Part shown: in pieces, positions 1 through 9,814 of the stretch | How positions within the stretch are numbered: position 1 is the stretch's first letter | Layout of the letters: each line of letters starts with the position of its first letter | Program-made: the position numbers and the translations under genes | Assembly (NCBI GenBank): GCA_041859365.1 | Contig: JBHEKR010000341.1 | Span: forward strand, 5,821 to 69,820 | Direction of reading: 5' to 3' | Length of the DNA: 64,000 bases | From: Candidatus Hydrogenedentales bacterium | GTDB taxonomy: Bacteria; Hydrogenedentota; Hydrogenedentia; Hydrogenedentales; JAEUWI01 | The notes under the pieces: model-generated | Database searches by the model: none | What the model saw: only the letters and a program-made list of their open reading frames with translations | What the model was told of the DNA's origin: nothing

Positions 1-3000
1 CCGGGCCACCTGATTCGCCCGCGCGTTCAGTGCGTCGTAGGTCAACGCGGTTGCGTCGTCCGATACCGCGGGTGCGTCGGGATTGCGCCGGGCATGGCCC
101 TCGAAAATATTGACCAGGGAGGCGTCCGCATCCAACGGAACCGATGGGCCCGATAGGCCCAGTACTGTCGTGCGCTCCTCGTGGTCGATCATGTCGATCT
201 GGCCGACAGGGGTTTCGAATTGGCTCGGCAGCGCCCGGAGGAGGGTGGCAAAGTTGCTCAGAAGACGCTGCGCCGTGGATTCTCTGTACAAGGCTGTGTT
301 GTATTCCAGATTGAGAATCAGATCACCGTCCCGGGGTTGAACCGCGAGGGTCAGATCAAACTTCGCGCCCGAGTTGTCCAGCTCCTCTTCCGTCAGGCGA
401 AGCCCGGAAAACTCGGTTTCACAGCGCGGCGTGTTTTGCAGCACAAACATGACCTGAAACAGCGGGGAGCGGCTCGGATCCCGCTGGTGCTGGACTTCGG
501 CCACGATCTGCTCGAAGGGGACGGACTGGTTTTCCTGTGCGGCCACAATCACCGACTCCAGATCCGCGAGGTAGGTATCGAAGGGTGTCGCGGCGTTGAT
601 CTGAGAACGGAGCACAACGGTATTTACGAAGCAGCCGATCAGCCCTTCCAGATCGTGGTGGGTTCGCCCGGCGGTGACCGAACCAATAAGGATATCTTCC
701 TGGCCCGAATACCGGTGGAGGAGCACATTCCACGCGGCGGCGAGAACCGTGAAGAGCATTTTTTCCTGTCGGCGCGCCAGTTGCTCCAGCGCCGTGGCGA
801 GTTCAATTCCCAACGGACGTTGGGCCGAAGCGCCATGCCACGTCTGGCGCGGAGGACGTGCAAAGTCGGTTGGAATTTCGACGACGGGGAGCGGGCCGGC
901 AAGCTGGTGTTTCCAGTAGTCCAACTGGTGCTGGAACTCGGGCGTCGCCATGGTGTCCCGCTGCCACTGGGCATAGTCCGCGTACTGAATGGGGAGTGGC
1001 GGCAGCGCCTCGCCACTGCCGACCGCGTAGCAAGCGGACAATTCCTCCAGAAACACGCTGACGGACCAGCCGTCAAATATCGTGTGGTGAACCACGAGTC
1101 CGAGGCAGGCGTGGTCTTCGCGGTGGGAGAAATACAGGAATTTCAACAGCGGTCCGGTTTCCAGGGAGAAGGCCTCCATGGCGGCGGCGCCCAGCCGCTC
1201 CCGGACCGCAACCCGGAACTCGGCATCATCGCCAACGCTGGCCAGCGAAACGGCGAGGAACGGCGGCGAGAGTTCGGGGCGCACCATTTGGTGGGGCGCG
1301 CCGCCGGACTCTACGAAGACCGTCCTCAGCACTTCGTGGCGGTCCACCACCAGATCGAGGGCGCGTTGCAACCGGTCGGATTCCACGGCCCCGTGTATCT
1401 CAAACAGCAGCGCAATATTGTAGGTGGGATTGCCGGGCTCCATGCGATCAATGATCCAGAGGCGCTCCTGGGCAAAAGAAAGTGGTATGGGCGCACCGCG
1501 ATCCGCCATGGGCAGGGGGGCCCCGCTTCCGGCAACCATACCCGAAGCCTGGGCCGCCGCGATAGCCAGGGCATGAGCCTGAATCGTCGGGGTCTCCATC
1601 GCCGTACGCAGCGGAATATCTACGCCAAAGAACTTGCGGATCCGGACCAGAAGCCGGGTAAGCAAGAGGGAATGGCCACCGAGATGAAAGAAGCTATCCT
1701 CGATTCCCACCTCACCACAATCCAGTATTTCGCGCCAGATCCCGGCCAGCGTGCGCTGGGTACGATTCACCGGTGGAATGTGATCACGGCGCGCTACAAA
1801 TGCGCTTTCCTCCAGCGGCGGCAGGGCCTTATAGTCCACCTTGCCGTTGACTGTCACGGGGAAGGCGTCAAGGACCGCAAAGCCTGCCGGCACCATGTAC
1901 TCCGGCAGGGATTCGCGAAGCCTGCCGTGCAACGCCGCGACCTCGAAGGCCCCCCCTTGTTCCGGCACAACATAGGCCACGAGCTGGGCCTCGCCGCGCC
2001 GATCATTCCGGCAGCGTACCGCGGCGTCGCGCACACCGGGACAACGCAGCAGCGTGGCTTCAATTTCTCGAAGCTCAATGCGGAAACCCCGGATCTTCAC
2101 CTGATCATCGAAGCGCCCGAGAAATTCGAAGTTCCCGTCGGGTAACTGGCGGACCCGGTCGCCGGTCCGGTAGAGCCGCGCGCCCGTACTGGGGCGAAAG
2201 GGGTGATCCACAAAGACTCGCGCCGTGAGATCGGCCCGGTTGTGATAGCCCCGGGCAATCCGGTTTCCGCCGATGTAAAGTTCTCCGGGAAGCCCCGTCG
2301 GCAGGAGATTCTGGAAGCGGTCCAGCACGATGGTTTCCGTGCCACGGATCGGTCTGCCGATGGGCAGATGGTCCCGGACGCCGGTGGGGTCAAAGTGATC
2401 CGGCACTTCATAGTACAGGGCGGTGATAACGGTTTCCGTGGGCCCGTAAGCATTCATCAACTGGACCCCGGCGGTCTCGGGGAAAGCCTGCCACTGGCGC
2501 ACCGTGCGGGGCAGCACCACATCCCCACCGACAATGAGAAGGCGAAACTGTTTTCCGAAGTCGGCCTGCCCCTGTGCAATGCCCTCGTCGGTCCATTGCT
2601 GCCAGAATGCGGGTGGCAGGTTGAGCACGGTGATGCCCGCATCGCGCAGTACGGACGAGAAATCGGCGGCTACATACATGCTTTCGTCGGCGATGTGCAG
2701 CACGGAGCCGGCGAAAAAGGGAGCGAATATCTGCTCCAGCGACACGTCGAAGCTCAGCGAGGCGAACTGGAGCGTTCTGTCTTCGGAACGCATGCGGTAG
2801 ACCTCGCGCATGAGCTCGAAATGCAACACGGCCTCGCCGTGGTTCACGCAAACGCCTTTCGGCTGCCCGGTGGACCCGGATGTATAGATGATATAGGCCA
2901 GGTTTTCCGGGGCTATGGGCAGTGCGAGATTTTCGCCCGAATACCGGTCTACGGTGCTGGGTTGCCCATCCAGCAATACGATGTTGACGTCAGGCTCACC

Positions 3001-4782
3001 GAACCGGATCCGCGTTCTCGAATCGGTGATCAAAACAGCGGCGCCGGAATCCCGGAGCGTAAACGCGAGCCGCTCCGCGGGATAGGCGGGGTCCATGGGA
3101 ACATAGGCGCCCCCCGCCTTCAGGACACCCAACAGCGCCACCATGGCCTCCGGTGTGTGGGCGAGACTAACACCCACGCGCACTTCCGCAGCCACCCCCA
3201 TGCCCCGCAGGTGGCGCGCCAGTTGGTTTGCACGGGTGTTCAGTTCCCGATAGGTGAGGGACACATCCTTGTAGCACAGGGCCGTCGCATCGGGATCTCG
3301 ATACACCGCCGCCTCAAAGGCCGCAGGGGTCATAAGCGCGGCTTGTGGCACCGCTTCGGGTTCCGCGTCGCGAAGCAGGGCCTCCATCTCTGCGGGCGGC
3401 AGCAAGCTCAGGTGGGCGGCGGGGCACTCCGGATTGTCAACGAGTGCCGTAAGGATCTGCACCAAGTGCCCCATCAGTCGCGTCATGTCGGTAGGGAGAA
3501 AGCGCCTGGGATCGTATTCGAGGGAGAGCAGCAACGAAGCCCCACCGTAGCCGGCCAGCATGAGAGGAACGGGTGTGTGCTCGTGCAGGGTAAATTCTCG
3601 CGTCGCCCAAGCGCCGCCAAGGCCCCGGAGTGATTCGCCCAACGACTCTCGTTCAAAGACGTAGCAGAGGTTGTAAAGCGGCGCATCGCCGGGAATCTCG
3701 CTGCAGTCCCGAATAAGGTCGGTAGGCGAATGCTCTACGGCGCGCAGCGCCAACCACTGCTCGCGCAGGGTTCGCAGCCACGTCAGGATTGGTGTCGATT
3801 CCTCCAGCCCGGTCCGTATGGGGAGGGTGTTGATAAAGGGGCCGATGCCGTCGGGGGATGTGGCGACACCATGGCGCACGGCCTTGGTCGCGCCCACAAT
3901 CACGTCGGCAGTATCGCCATAGCGATGGGCCAGGAGCATCCATGCGCCAAGTAGCACGATATTGAGGGACAGGTCGCTGCTCTCGGCAAAGTCGGACAGT
4001 CGGGCCGTGAATTCGGAGTCCAGGGCGTGGCGAAGCTGCCCCGCAACGGGTCGGCGGGCGTCGTGGAGCTCTGGCGCGGGCAGTGGCAGGCTCCTGGCTT
4101 CGCCAAGTCCTTCCAGCCGTTGCCGCCAGTAGGCCTTCGCCTCCTCCATGGGCGCTTCCCGCAACCAATCGGCATAGGCTCCGAAGGGAAGGGGCATTGC
4201 GTGCGCGTTTTCCAGGTCCGCCGCACCATCGCCATATTGACCGAAGATCTCCCGAAGGAGGAGGTTCATCGAGCGCCCGTCCACGATGAGATGGTGGACC
4301 GACCATACAAATCGAACATCGGCATCCCCCAGATGAAAAAGCGCAAGCCGCATGAGCGGCGCCTGACGGAGATCAAAGCCCTGGGTTCTATCCTCGGCCA
4401 GGAAATCCCAAAGGGCCGAATCCTGTTCCGCGGGGGATTTCGCCCGCCAGTCCTCCTCGCGGATCGGCAGAATGGCGTGGGCCTCGACGAATTGGCCCGG
4501 CTCGGGAGCGTCGTCCCGCTGAAAGCAGGTTCGCAAAATGGTATGGCGCTCCAGGGCAGCCTGCCAACAGGCCAGCCACCGCCGAACATCAAGGTTTTCC
4601 CGGAGACGACCCACGACCTGCTCGATGTAGCATCCGGACTCAGGATGGGCAGCCGTCTGGAAAATCATCCCCTCCTGGGCGGGCGTCAGGGGCCAACGCT
4701 CTTCCCCAATGCCGGAGTTGCCCTGCAAGAGCCCCGCGAACGGCTGATGTACGACACCGTCGCTCCCTGAAAACACTTCCAT
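1..4782 (-). CDS. Non-ribosomal peptide synthetase, N-terminal part (C-A-T-C-A...); 3' end lies beyond the window start
   Basis: Absent from the ORF track because it has no stop in the window. Hand translation of the minus strand from ATG at 4782 (GGAG 8 nt upstream) gives MEVFSGSDGVVHQPFAGLLQGNSGIGEERWPLTPAQEGMIFQ. Motifs read: C-domain VHHLIVDGRS (about 4264-4299); A-domain A3 LAYIIYTSGSTGQPKG (about 2850-2901); A4 FDVSLEQIF; A10 NGKVDYKAL (about 1840); PCP FFHLGGHSLL (about 1650-1690); second C domain HHTIFDGWS (about 1063-1092); second A domain starts SLVNIFEGHARRNPDAPAV (1-120). The five motifs whose coordinates I checked (start codon, first-C HH motif, A3, PCP, second-C HH motif, second A-domain start) are in one frame (codon first bases at positions divisible by 3). 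Confidence 0.9.
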   Translation of the reverse strand, partial: MEVFSGSDGVVHQPFAGLLQGNSGIGEERWPLTPAQEGMIFQTAAHPESGCYIEQVVGRLRENLDVRRWLACWQAALERHTILRTCFQRDDAPEPGQFVEAHAILPIREEDWRAKSPAEQDSALWDFLAEDRTQGFDLRQAPLMRLALFHLGDADVRFVWSVHHLIVDGRSMNLLLREIFGQYGDGAADLENAHAMPLPFGAYADWLREAPMEEAKAYWRQRLEGLGEARSLPLPAPELHDARRPVAGQLRHALDSEFTARLSDFAESSDLSLNIVLLGAWMLLAHRYGDTADVIVGATKAVRHGVATSPDGIGPFINTLPIRTGLEESTPILTWLRTLREQWLALRAVEHSPTDLIRDCSEIPGDAPLYNLCYVFERESLGESLRGLGGAWATREFTLHEHTPVPLMLAGYGGASLLLSLEYDPRRFLPTDMTRLMGHLVQILTALVDNPECPAAHLSLLPPAEMEALLRDAEPEAVPQAALMTPAAFEAAVYRDPDATALCYKDVSLTYRELNTRANQLARHLRGMGVAAEVRVGVSLAHTPEAMVALLGVLKAGGAYVPMDPAYPAERLAFTLRDSGAAVLITDSRTRIRFGEPDVNIVLLDGQPSTVDRYSGENLALPIAPENLAYIIYTSGSTGQPKGVCVNHGEAVLHFELMREVYRMRSEDRTLQFASLSFDVSLEQIFAPFFAGSVLHIADESMYVAADFSSVLRDAGITVLNLPPAFWQQWTDEGIAQGQADFGKQFRLLIVGGDVVLPRTVRQWQAFPETAGVQLMNAYGPTETVITALYYEVPDHFDPTGVRDHLPIGRPIRGTETIVLDRFQNLLPTGLPGELYIGGNRIARGYHNRADLTARVFVDHPFRPSTGARLYRTGDRVRQLPDGNFEFLGRFDDQVKIRGFRIELREIEATLLRCPGVRDAAVRCRNDRRGEAQLVAYVVPEQGGAFEVAALHGRLRESLPEYMVPAGFAVLDAFPVTVNGKVDYKALPPLEESAFVARRDHIPPVNRTQRTLAGIWREILDCGEVGIEDSFFHLGGHSLLLTRLLVRIRKFFGVDIPLRTAMETPTIQAHALAIAAAQASGMVAGSGAPLPMADRGAPIPLSFAQERLWIIDRMEPGNPTYNIALLFEIHGAVESDRLQRALDLVVDRHEVLRTVFVESGGAPHQMVRPELSPPFLAVSLASVGDDAEFRVAVRERLGAAAMEAFSLETGPLLKFLYFSHREDHACLGLVVHHTIFDGWSVSVFLEELSACYAVGSGEALPPLPIQYADYAQWQRDTMATPEFQHQLDYWKHQLAGPLPVVEIPTDFARPPRQTWHGASAQRPLGIELATALEQLARRQEKMLFTVLAAAWNVLLHRYSGQEDILIGSVTAGRTHHDLEGLIGCFVNTVVLRSQINAATPFDTYLADLESVIVAAQENQSVPFEQIVAEVQHQRDPSRSPLFQVMFVLQNTPRCETEFSGLRLTEEELDNSGAKFDLTLAVQPRDGDLILNLEYNTALYRESTAQRLLSNFATLLRALPSQFETPVGQIDMIDHEERTTVLGLSGPSVPLDADASLVNIFEGHARRNPDAPAVSDDATALTYDALNARANQVAR

Positions 4783-5141
4783 TTCCCAATCTCCGGGCGG
4801 TCGATTCATCCCTGCAAATTCCCCGATCAAACGCCAGATGCGGGCACAACCGCAGGCGCTCTGCATTCCCCCTCGACCACCAATCCCGGCCTATTTAACC
4901 ACAACCCCATCGCACGCGCAATCTAAGTATGACTCCAATGCAAAAAACAGACGCCGTCAGGGGAAAAGCCTTTCAATATGATTAAACGGAGAACTTCCAG
5001 ATTATATATGACAAAGTCGTTGACTGTGGTTACAACCGCGTGTTAGAACAGGCCAGCGCGCGGCGGCTCACCCCCGCAGGCCCCTGACGGATCGTGTACG
5101 CGCCTCGCGCGATGAGTCGCTGCAACTGAAGGACGGAAACC

Positions 5142-6593
5142 ATGGAAGTTCGAGGATTTCTGTATCGAGTCGTGTCCACCTGCAACGCCGCGTTGGCGCT
5201 GACCGCCTTGGCCGCCGCGGCGCTCGCCACCCACGCCGAGCCCACCCTGATTGCCCTGGATGGTTGGACAGGTCGCTTCGCCCACGAGTACGACTATATA
5301 TTGCGAGAGACGAAAGGGCTGGCGCGGGTGCAGGAGCCCGTGGAAATCACGTTGACGATGGCGGGGACTGACCCCGCGGCCTGGCGAGAACACATCCGCG
5401 TGGTGCGGCTGACCGAAGCGGGTCAGGGCGCGTTGACGCCCCATCAGGTCATCGGCGAGGTCACGGCGGGCGGCGTGGAGCAGCGTGATGGTCACACGCC
5501 CCTTCCGGCGGCGAGTATCAACATCATATTTCTTGCGGATTGCGCGGCGAATCAGACCGCGACTTACCGTCTTTTCTGGGGGCATCCAGACGGCGCGCCT
5601 GCCGGGACAGACCTTCCCTCGGCGGCGATTGAAGGCGGCTTGCAGATTTCGGGGGAAGCTCCTGGACTCACGATAGCCAACGAATATTACCGGATGAAAC
5701 TGGATCCCAAGTCGGGCGCCATTCAGCGTATCCTGCCGGCGAAGCAGGCGGAGAACTCGGAACTCTTTTACCAGAGCATTCCGATCCATTTCGGCGTGGA
5801 CATCTGGAGCCCGCCCCAGAGCTGGGACCATGACTACGACTGGCCCGCGCCGCCCAACCAGAAGGTGGAAGGCGGTCCGCTCGCGCTGCGTTACCACCGC
5901 TGGGGACCGATGCACAATTATACCGACGTGGAAGTCTCCATCACCTACACATTCTATGCCCACAATCCTCAGGTACATGTTTCATCGACCATGCGGCTCA
6001 CCCAGAATCGTTCCGCCCATGCCATCCGCATGGGGGAAGTGGTGGTGAGTCACTCGAGGCGTCCGCCGGAGAACCCGGATCCGACCAAAGAGGAGAGTCC
6101 CGAGATTTTCACGCACTATGCCTGGCCACAGCCCGGCGTCGGCACACAGGTGCGAAAGATTAACGAACACCGGAATGAATTGGGCCAGGCAGCGGTGGAA
6201 GGGCACGTACCGGGCGGATTGGGCGTGCTGGATCGTGACCAGTGGTGGATTGCGGCCTACAACCAGGATAAGGGTTTTGGTCTGGCCACGCTGCGGAAGA
6301 ATCAGTTTGCCGGAAATTATCTCGGTGGCGTGACGCCCCAGGCGACGCCGTGCACTTACCTCGGCCAGTATGGCTGGGGCTTCGTCTATTGGTCCCGCCC
6401 CATGGTCTATCCACTGGGCACTTCGGGGTCTGCGCTGGATCTGAACACCGCCGTGAGCGCGGGCACTATCTTCGGCACGGAAGAGGCGCTGCTGCTCTTT
6501 GAGCCGACGGAAGACCTGGGCCAGGTGAATAGCGCCTACGCACGCTTCATGACGCCTTTACGCTTTGAATTCAAGGGCACAGGGCCGTGGTGA
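5142..6593 (+). CDS. Hypothetical secreted protein (483 aa)
   Basis: ATG at 5142 with AAGGA upstream. Signal-like N-terminus (NAALALTALAAAALATHA). Non-repetitive composition. I cannot name a family motif. Confidence 0.6.
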   Translation: MEVRGFLYRVVSTCNAALALTALAAAALATHAEPTLIALDGWTGRFAHEYDYILRETKGLARVQEPVEITLTMAGTDPAAWREHIRVVRLTEAGQGALTPHQVIGEVTAGGVEQRDGHTPLPAASINIIFLADCAANQTATYRLFWGHPDGAPAGTDLPSAAIEGGLQISGEAPGLTIANEYYRMKLDPKSGAIQRILPAKQAENSELFYQSIPIHFGVDIWSPPQSWDHDYDWPAPPNQKVEGGPLALRYHRWGPMHNYTDVEVSITYTFYAHNPQVHVSSTMRLTQNRSAHAIRMGEVVVSHSRRPPENPDPTKEESPEIFTHYAWPQPGVGTQVRKINEHRNELGQAAVEGHVPGGLGVLDRDQWWIAAYNQDKGFGLATLRKNQFAGNYLGGVTPQATPCTYLGQYGWGFVYWSRPMVYPLGTSGSALDLNTAVSAGTIFGTEEALLLFEPTEDLGQVNSAYARFMTPLRFEFKGTGPW

Positions 6594-6653
6594 GACGTAA
6601 GGCACACCTTCCAGTACGGTAGAGCCCATTCGCCCTTTGAGCGGGCAACCTGA

Positions 6654-8036
6654 ATGAAAGGTAAGATCGCAATGACTGAAGAACGATCCGTCATGTCGGC
6701 CTGGATTCGTCTGGTGGCGGCTTTCGTTGGACCGGCCGCCGTAATGACGGCAGGTATCATGGGCGCGGGCTCCACGAGCGCGCTGGTGCTGGCCGGGGCG
6801 TGGTTCCGCTATGACCTGCTGTGGCTCGCGCTGCTCATTCTTCCCGCTCTGGTGATTTGTCTGGATTCCGGGGCGCGGGTGGGGATCCTGTCCAACGGGA
6901 AAGGTATGCTTTCGGTTATCCGCGACGAGATCCACCCCGGCGTGACGTGGTTCGTGATTGTGGTGATGGTGTTGTTCAATATTTTCGTGAACATGGGCCA
7001 GATGTCGGTGATGACCGAGTCGCTGCTGGCGATGGCCAACTGGTACAAGCCGGGAGCGGACGCCACGCCGGAGGCAATTCAGTCTTACAAGTTGGCTACG
7101 ATGATCCTCTCTCCCACACTCGCCGCGGCGATGTTGCTGCTGCTCCTTTCCGGGGGCTACGCGCGGGCTCAGAAAGTCATGACGGGGCTGCTTTTCTTCA
7201 TGTTCGGCTGCTTCCTCGTTGTAGCGCTGCGCAGTCTGGGGGAATTCGGCTTGGTGCTGGGCGGCCTGGCGCCCTCCATCCCCCCGGATCTTATCGTACC
7301 CGGTACGGAGCGGGTGCGCGACGCGTACGGCTCCATCGTGGCCATCGCCGGAGGGGCGCTTGCCGCGGCGCCACTGCTGAGCTTCTCTTACTTTCATGCG
7401 GACGACAACGCGACACCGGCCGACCTGCCGCGCTACTTTCGAAACTCCGTGCTGAATCTGGGCGTTGTTTTCGGCCTTTACTCGGTCATGGTGCTCATGG
7501 CCGGCGGATACGCCCTCTATCCTCTCGAAAATCATGCCTCCATCCAGACCGTGGGGGAAGCCGGCCGGGTGCTGACCCGAGCCCTGCCGGAGGCCCTGAG
7601 CGGGCTCTCGCCCAAAATATTTGCCGCGGGCCTCTTCGTCTGTGGGCTGACCACGCTCATTGTGGTGGCGCAATTGATGTGCTATTTCTGCCTCGATACC
7701 GTGAAGTTGAATTGGCGCTTCACGAAAGACAACAAGCCCTTCCGCTGGCTGCTGATCTTCTGGATCGCGGCGCCGTCCGCGCTTGCGCCATTCTGGGAGT
7801 TCCCCGCCCTGCTCAAAATCATCCTCCTCATGGGTGTGAACATTGTAATCGTGCCTATCGCGATCATCATCATCACGTACCTTATCAACAAGCGATCGGT
7901 CATGGGCGAATACAAAGCGAGCGCCATGCGCAACGCCTTTCTGGCCGCCAGCCTCCTGCTGTCGCTATGGCTTGCCTCCGCCAAGCTGCCGGGCTACTGG
8001 GCGGAAATCCAGAAGGCCTTCGGCGCTGGTGGCTGA
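6654..8036 (+). CDS. Polytopic membrane transporter, Nramp/MntH-superfamily-like (tentative)
   Basis: 460-aa ORF with many hydrophobic helices. The N-terminal GPAAVMTAGIMGAGS...FRYDLLW resembles the Nramp TM1 region, but no canonical DPGN motif is present. An alternative ATG lies at 6672. Confidence 0.6.
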   Translation: MKGKIAMTEERSVMSAWIRLVAAFVGPAAVMTAGIMGAGSTSALVLAGAWFRYDLLWLALLILPALVICLDSGARVGILSNGKGMLSVIRDEIHPGVTWFVIVVMVLFNIFVNMGQMSVMTESLLAMANWYKPGADATPEAIQSYKLATMILSPTLAAAMLLLLLSGGYARAQKVMTGLLFFMFGCFLVVALRSLGEFGLVLGGLAPSIPPDLIVPGTERVRDAYGSIVAIAGGALAAAPLLSFSYFHADDNATPADLPRYFRNSVLNLGVVFGLYSVMVLMAGGYALYPLENHASIQTVGEAGRVLTRALPEALSGLSPKIFAAGLFVCGLTTLIVVAQLMCYFCLDTVKLNWRFTKDNKPFRWLLIFWIAAPSALAPFWEFPALLKIILLMGVNIVIVPIAIIIITYLINKRSVMGEYKASAMRNAFLAASLLLSLWLASAKLPGYWAEIQKAFGAGG

Positions 8037-8051
8037 GCTGATTCGTGAACT

Positions 8052-9545
8052 TCACTTGCCGGCGGAGATATAGCCCGCGAGCGCGCGCATGTTGTTGCAC
8101 CAGGTGCGGGTGCTGATACCGCGAAACTCGAAGCGCGGTCTATATTTCCAGTCAATGTGATCGGCGGCGGAGAGATTCTCCAGCCAGATGCCTTTTTCCC
8201 CGTCTTGCGCATCAAGGATCTTCTTCGCTTCGTCGCCGGACGTCTGGGGCAACGCATTGACCGGCCAGATTTCCTCTCTTATGGCCGCTTCGGGGCGCAG
8301 GGCAAAAACGCGGTCATATTCTTTCCGAATTTCGGCGACGTCGATGGTGATCTGCATGCCGTAGTGATCGGGAAAATTGCCGGGGGTATAGTCAACCCAG
8401 TAGCGGCCCTCCACTCGGTTGGGTCCCTCACGGTGGGCGTAGAGCGGCTTGCCCGTGCCAATGTCCACGAACTGGGCATGGGTCTGGCCCGCGGTGGCGT
8501 GGCCTTCCGGGAGTCGATCGCGATCAAGCCAGTCGAGGGCGTCGGGGATACCGCGCAGGTAGCACCGGTCGCCCGTGACCTTGTAGAAGCGCATGAGGTC
8601 GTAGATGTTCTGTACGGTCTGGCTGGGCGCGACGCATCGTGGCTCGTACTCCCGTGCCGCGCCCGGCTGGACATCCAGGGTGTATTGCTGAGCCCAGCCG
8701 GCCTGGGGCGTACCCAATTGGGAGATAAGGTAGAACTGCATGCCACGCTCGGCGGACACCCGGCACTCACGCAGGCCCAGCAGCTTATGGGCCTTCAGCA
8801 GAAACTTGATGTTGCCCAGGATTACGTCGTCGTTGAAGGTGAGGTAGGCGGAGTAGTCCTCCACGTGCCCCGCGCCGTCGGGCAGGGCGTGAACCGGGTA
8901 TCGCTGGGGCCAGCCGCCCACGGGATACTGGGAGGCCAGCATGCCGTCGATGACCTTCATCACGGCATCGCGATAGGCCGGGTCCATGGTGAGGGTGTAC
9001 AGATCCAGCAGGAAGTCCGCCGCTGTGGCCGTGGTGAGATCGTCGTAGGTCGCATTGCCGTGGAAATGGTAGAACTCGTCCCAGCCCCAGGCATTGGCGC
9101 CGATCTCTTCATACCACTTCGCGGTACCTTCCGGCTCAAAATCGATGAAATAATTCCAGCCACCGCAAGGGAGTTGCCCCCAGATAAGCGCGTCGGCGCA
9201 TTGGCGCGCGGCGTTCAGGAAGACTTCCTCGCCTGTGGCCTCGTGGACCTCCAGCAGCATCTTGGCCACGGTGACCGTGCCGGGATCCTGCACCCAGATC
9301 ATGGAGCGTCGCGCGGGCACTTCGCCCCACTGCCGGGATAGATCTTCGGTGTACATACTGACGAAGCCGCCGCGATTGGAGACTGTGTCCATCATGTAGT
9401 CCGTAGACCGCTTCATGGCGGACATGACTTCGGCTTTGCCGGGCTCCGCGGCGTTGGTAACCGTCGTCAGAATCAGGAAGGTCATAGTTGCGAAAGCATG
9501 AAATCGGGTATGGTTCACTTCGCCGCTGATACTATGCATGCCCAA
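8052..9545 (-). CDS. Secreted alpha/alpha-barrel polysaccharide lyase-like protein (pectate lyase PelA/Pel-15E, PL10-like; tentative)
   Basis: AGGAG lies 9 nt upstream of ATG 9545. Signal-like FHAFATMTFLILTTVTNA. Recurrent GGW motifs (LPCGGWNYF, YPVGGWPQRYP, QAGWAQQY) and LTFNDDVILGNIKFL recall the Pec_lyase family. The family call is from memory of motifs only. Confidence 0.55.
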   Translation of the reverse strand: MGMHSISGEVNHTRFHAFATMTFLILTTVTNAAEPGKAEVMSAMKRSTDYMMDTVSNRGGFVSMYTEDLSRQWGEVPARRSMIWVQDPGTVTVAKMLLEVHEATGEEVFLNAARQCADALIWGQLPCGGWNYFIDFEPEGTAKWYEEIGANAWGWDEFYHFHGNATYDDLTTATAADFLLDLYTLTMDPAYRDAVMKVIDGMLASQYPVGGWPQRYPVHALPDGAGHVEDYSAYLTFNDDVILGNIKFLLKAHKLLGLRECRVSAERGMQFYLISQLGTPQAGWAQQYTLDVQPGAAREYEPRCVAPSQTVQNIYDLMRFYKVTGDRCYLRGIPDALDWLDRDRLPEGHATAGQTHAQFVDIGTGKPLYAHREGPNRVEGRYWVDYTPGNFPDHYGMQITIDVAEIRKEYDRVFALRPEAAIREEIWPVNALPQTSGDEAKKILDAQDGEKGIWLENLSAADHIDWKYRPRFEFRGISTRTWCNNMRALAGYISAGK

Positions 9546-9579
9546 ACACTCCTCTCATCGATAAGGAATACCCTAACCT

Positions 9580-9662
9580 GTCTTCGCCGCGAATGCGGGG
9601 ACCCAGCGAATAGCGAGAGGCCCATCGCCAGCGCACTGGATCCCCGCATTCGCGGGGAAGAC
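9580..9662. repeat. Long inverted repeat / stem-loop between the oxidoreductase and lyase-like genes
   Basis: gtcttcgccgcgaatgcgggga (9580-9601) against tccccgcattcgcggggaagac (9641-9662). 22-nt arms with 1 mismatch and a 39-nt loop. Confidence 0.7.
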
Positions 9663-9814
9663 ATGCGTGTAGACACGCTCCAAGTTCAACACAGCTCACA
9701 CAGAAAAGTCTCTGCAGCCAGCCTGACGGCCTGCCACAGACCGCACGGGACGATAAGTCATCCGGTCAATCCAAATCGGTAAAACCGAACATACCGCGTC
9801 GCCAAGTCTTCACA

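Noticed and set aside
181-4770. Long plus-strand ORFs 181-2145 (654 aa), 2203-3633 (476 aa) and 4027-4770 (247 aa)
   Set aside because: They are Arg/Gly/His/Pro-rich with no recognisable motifs. The opposite strand reads as a continuous NRPS with canonical C, A and PCP motifs in one frame. These are typical antisense open frames of GC-rich coding DNA.
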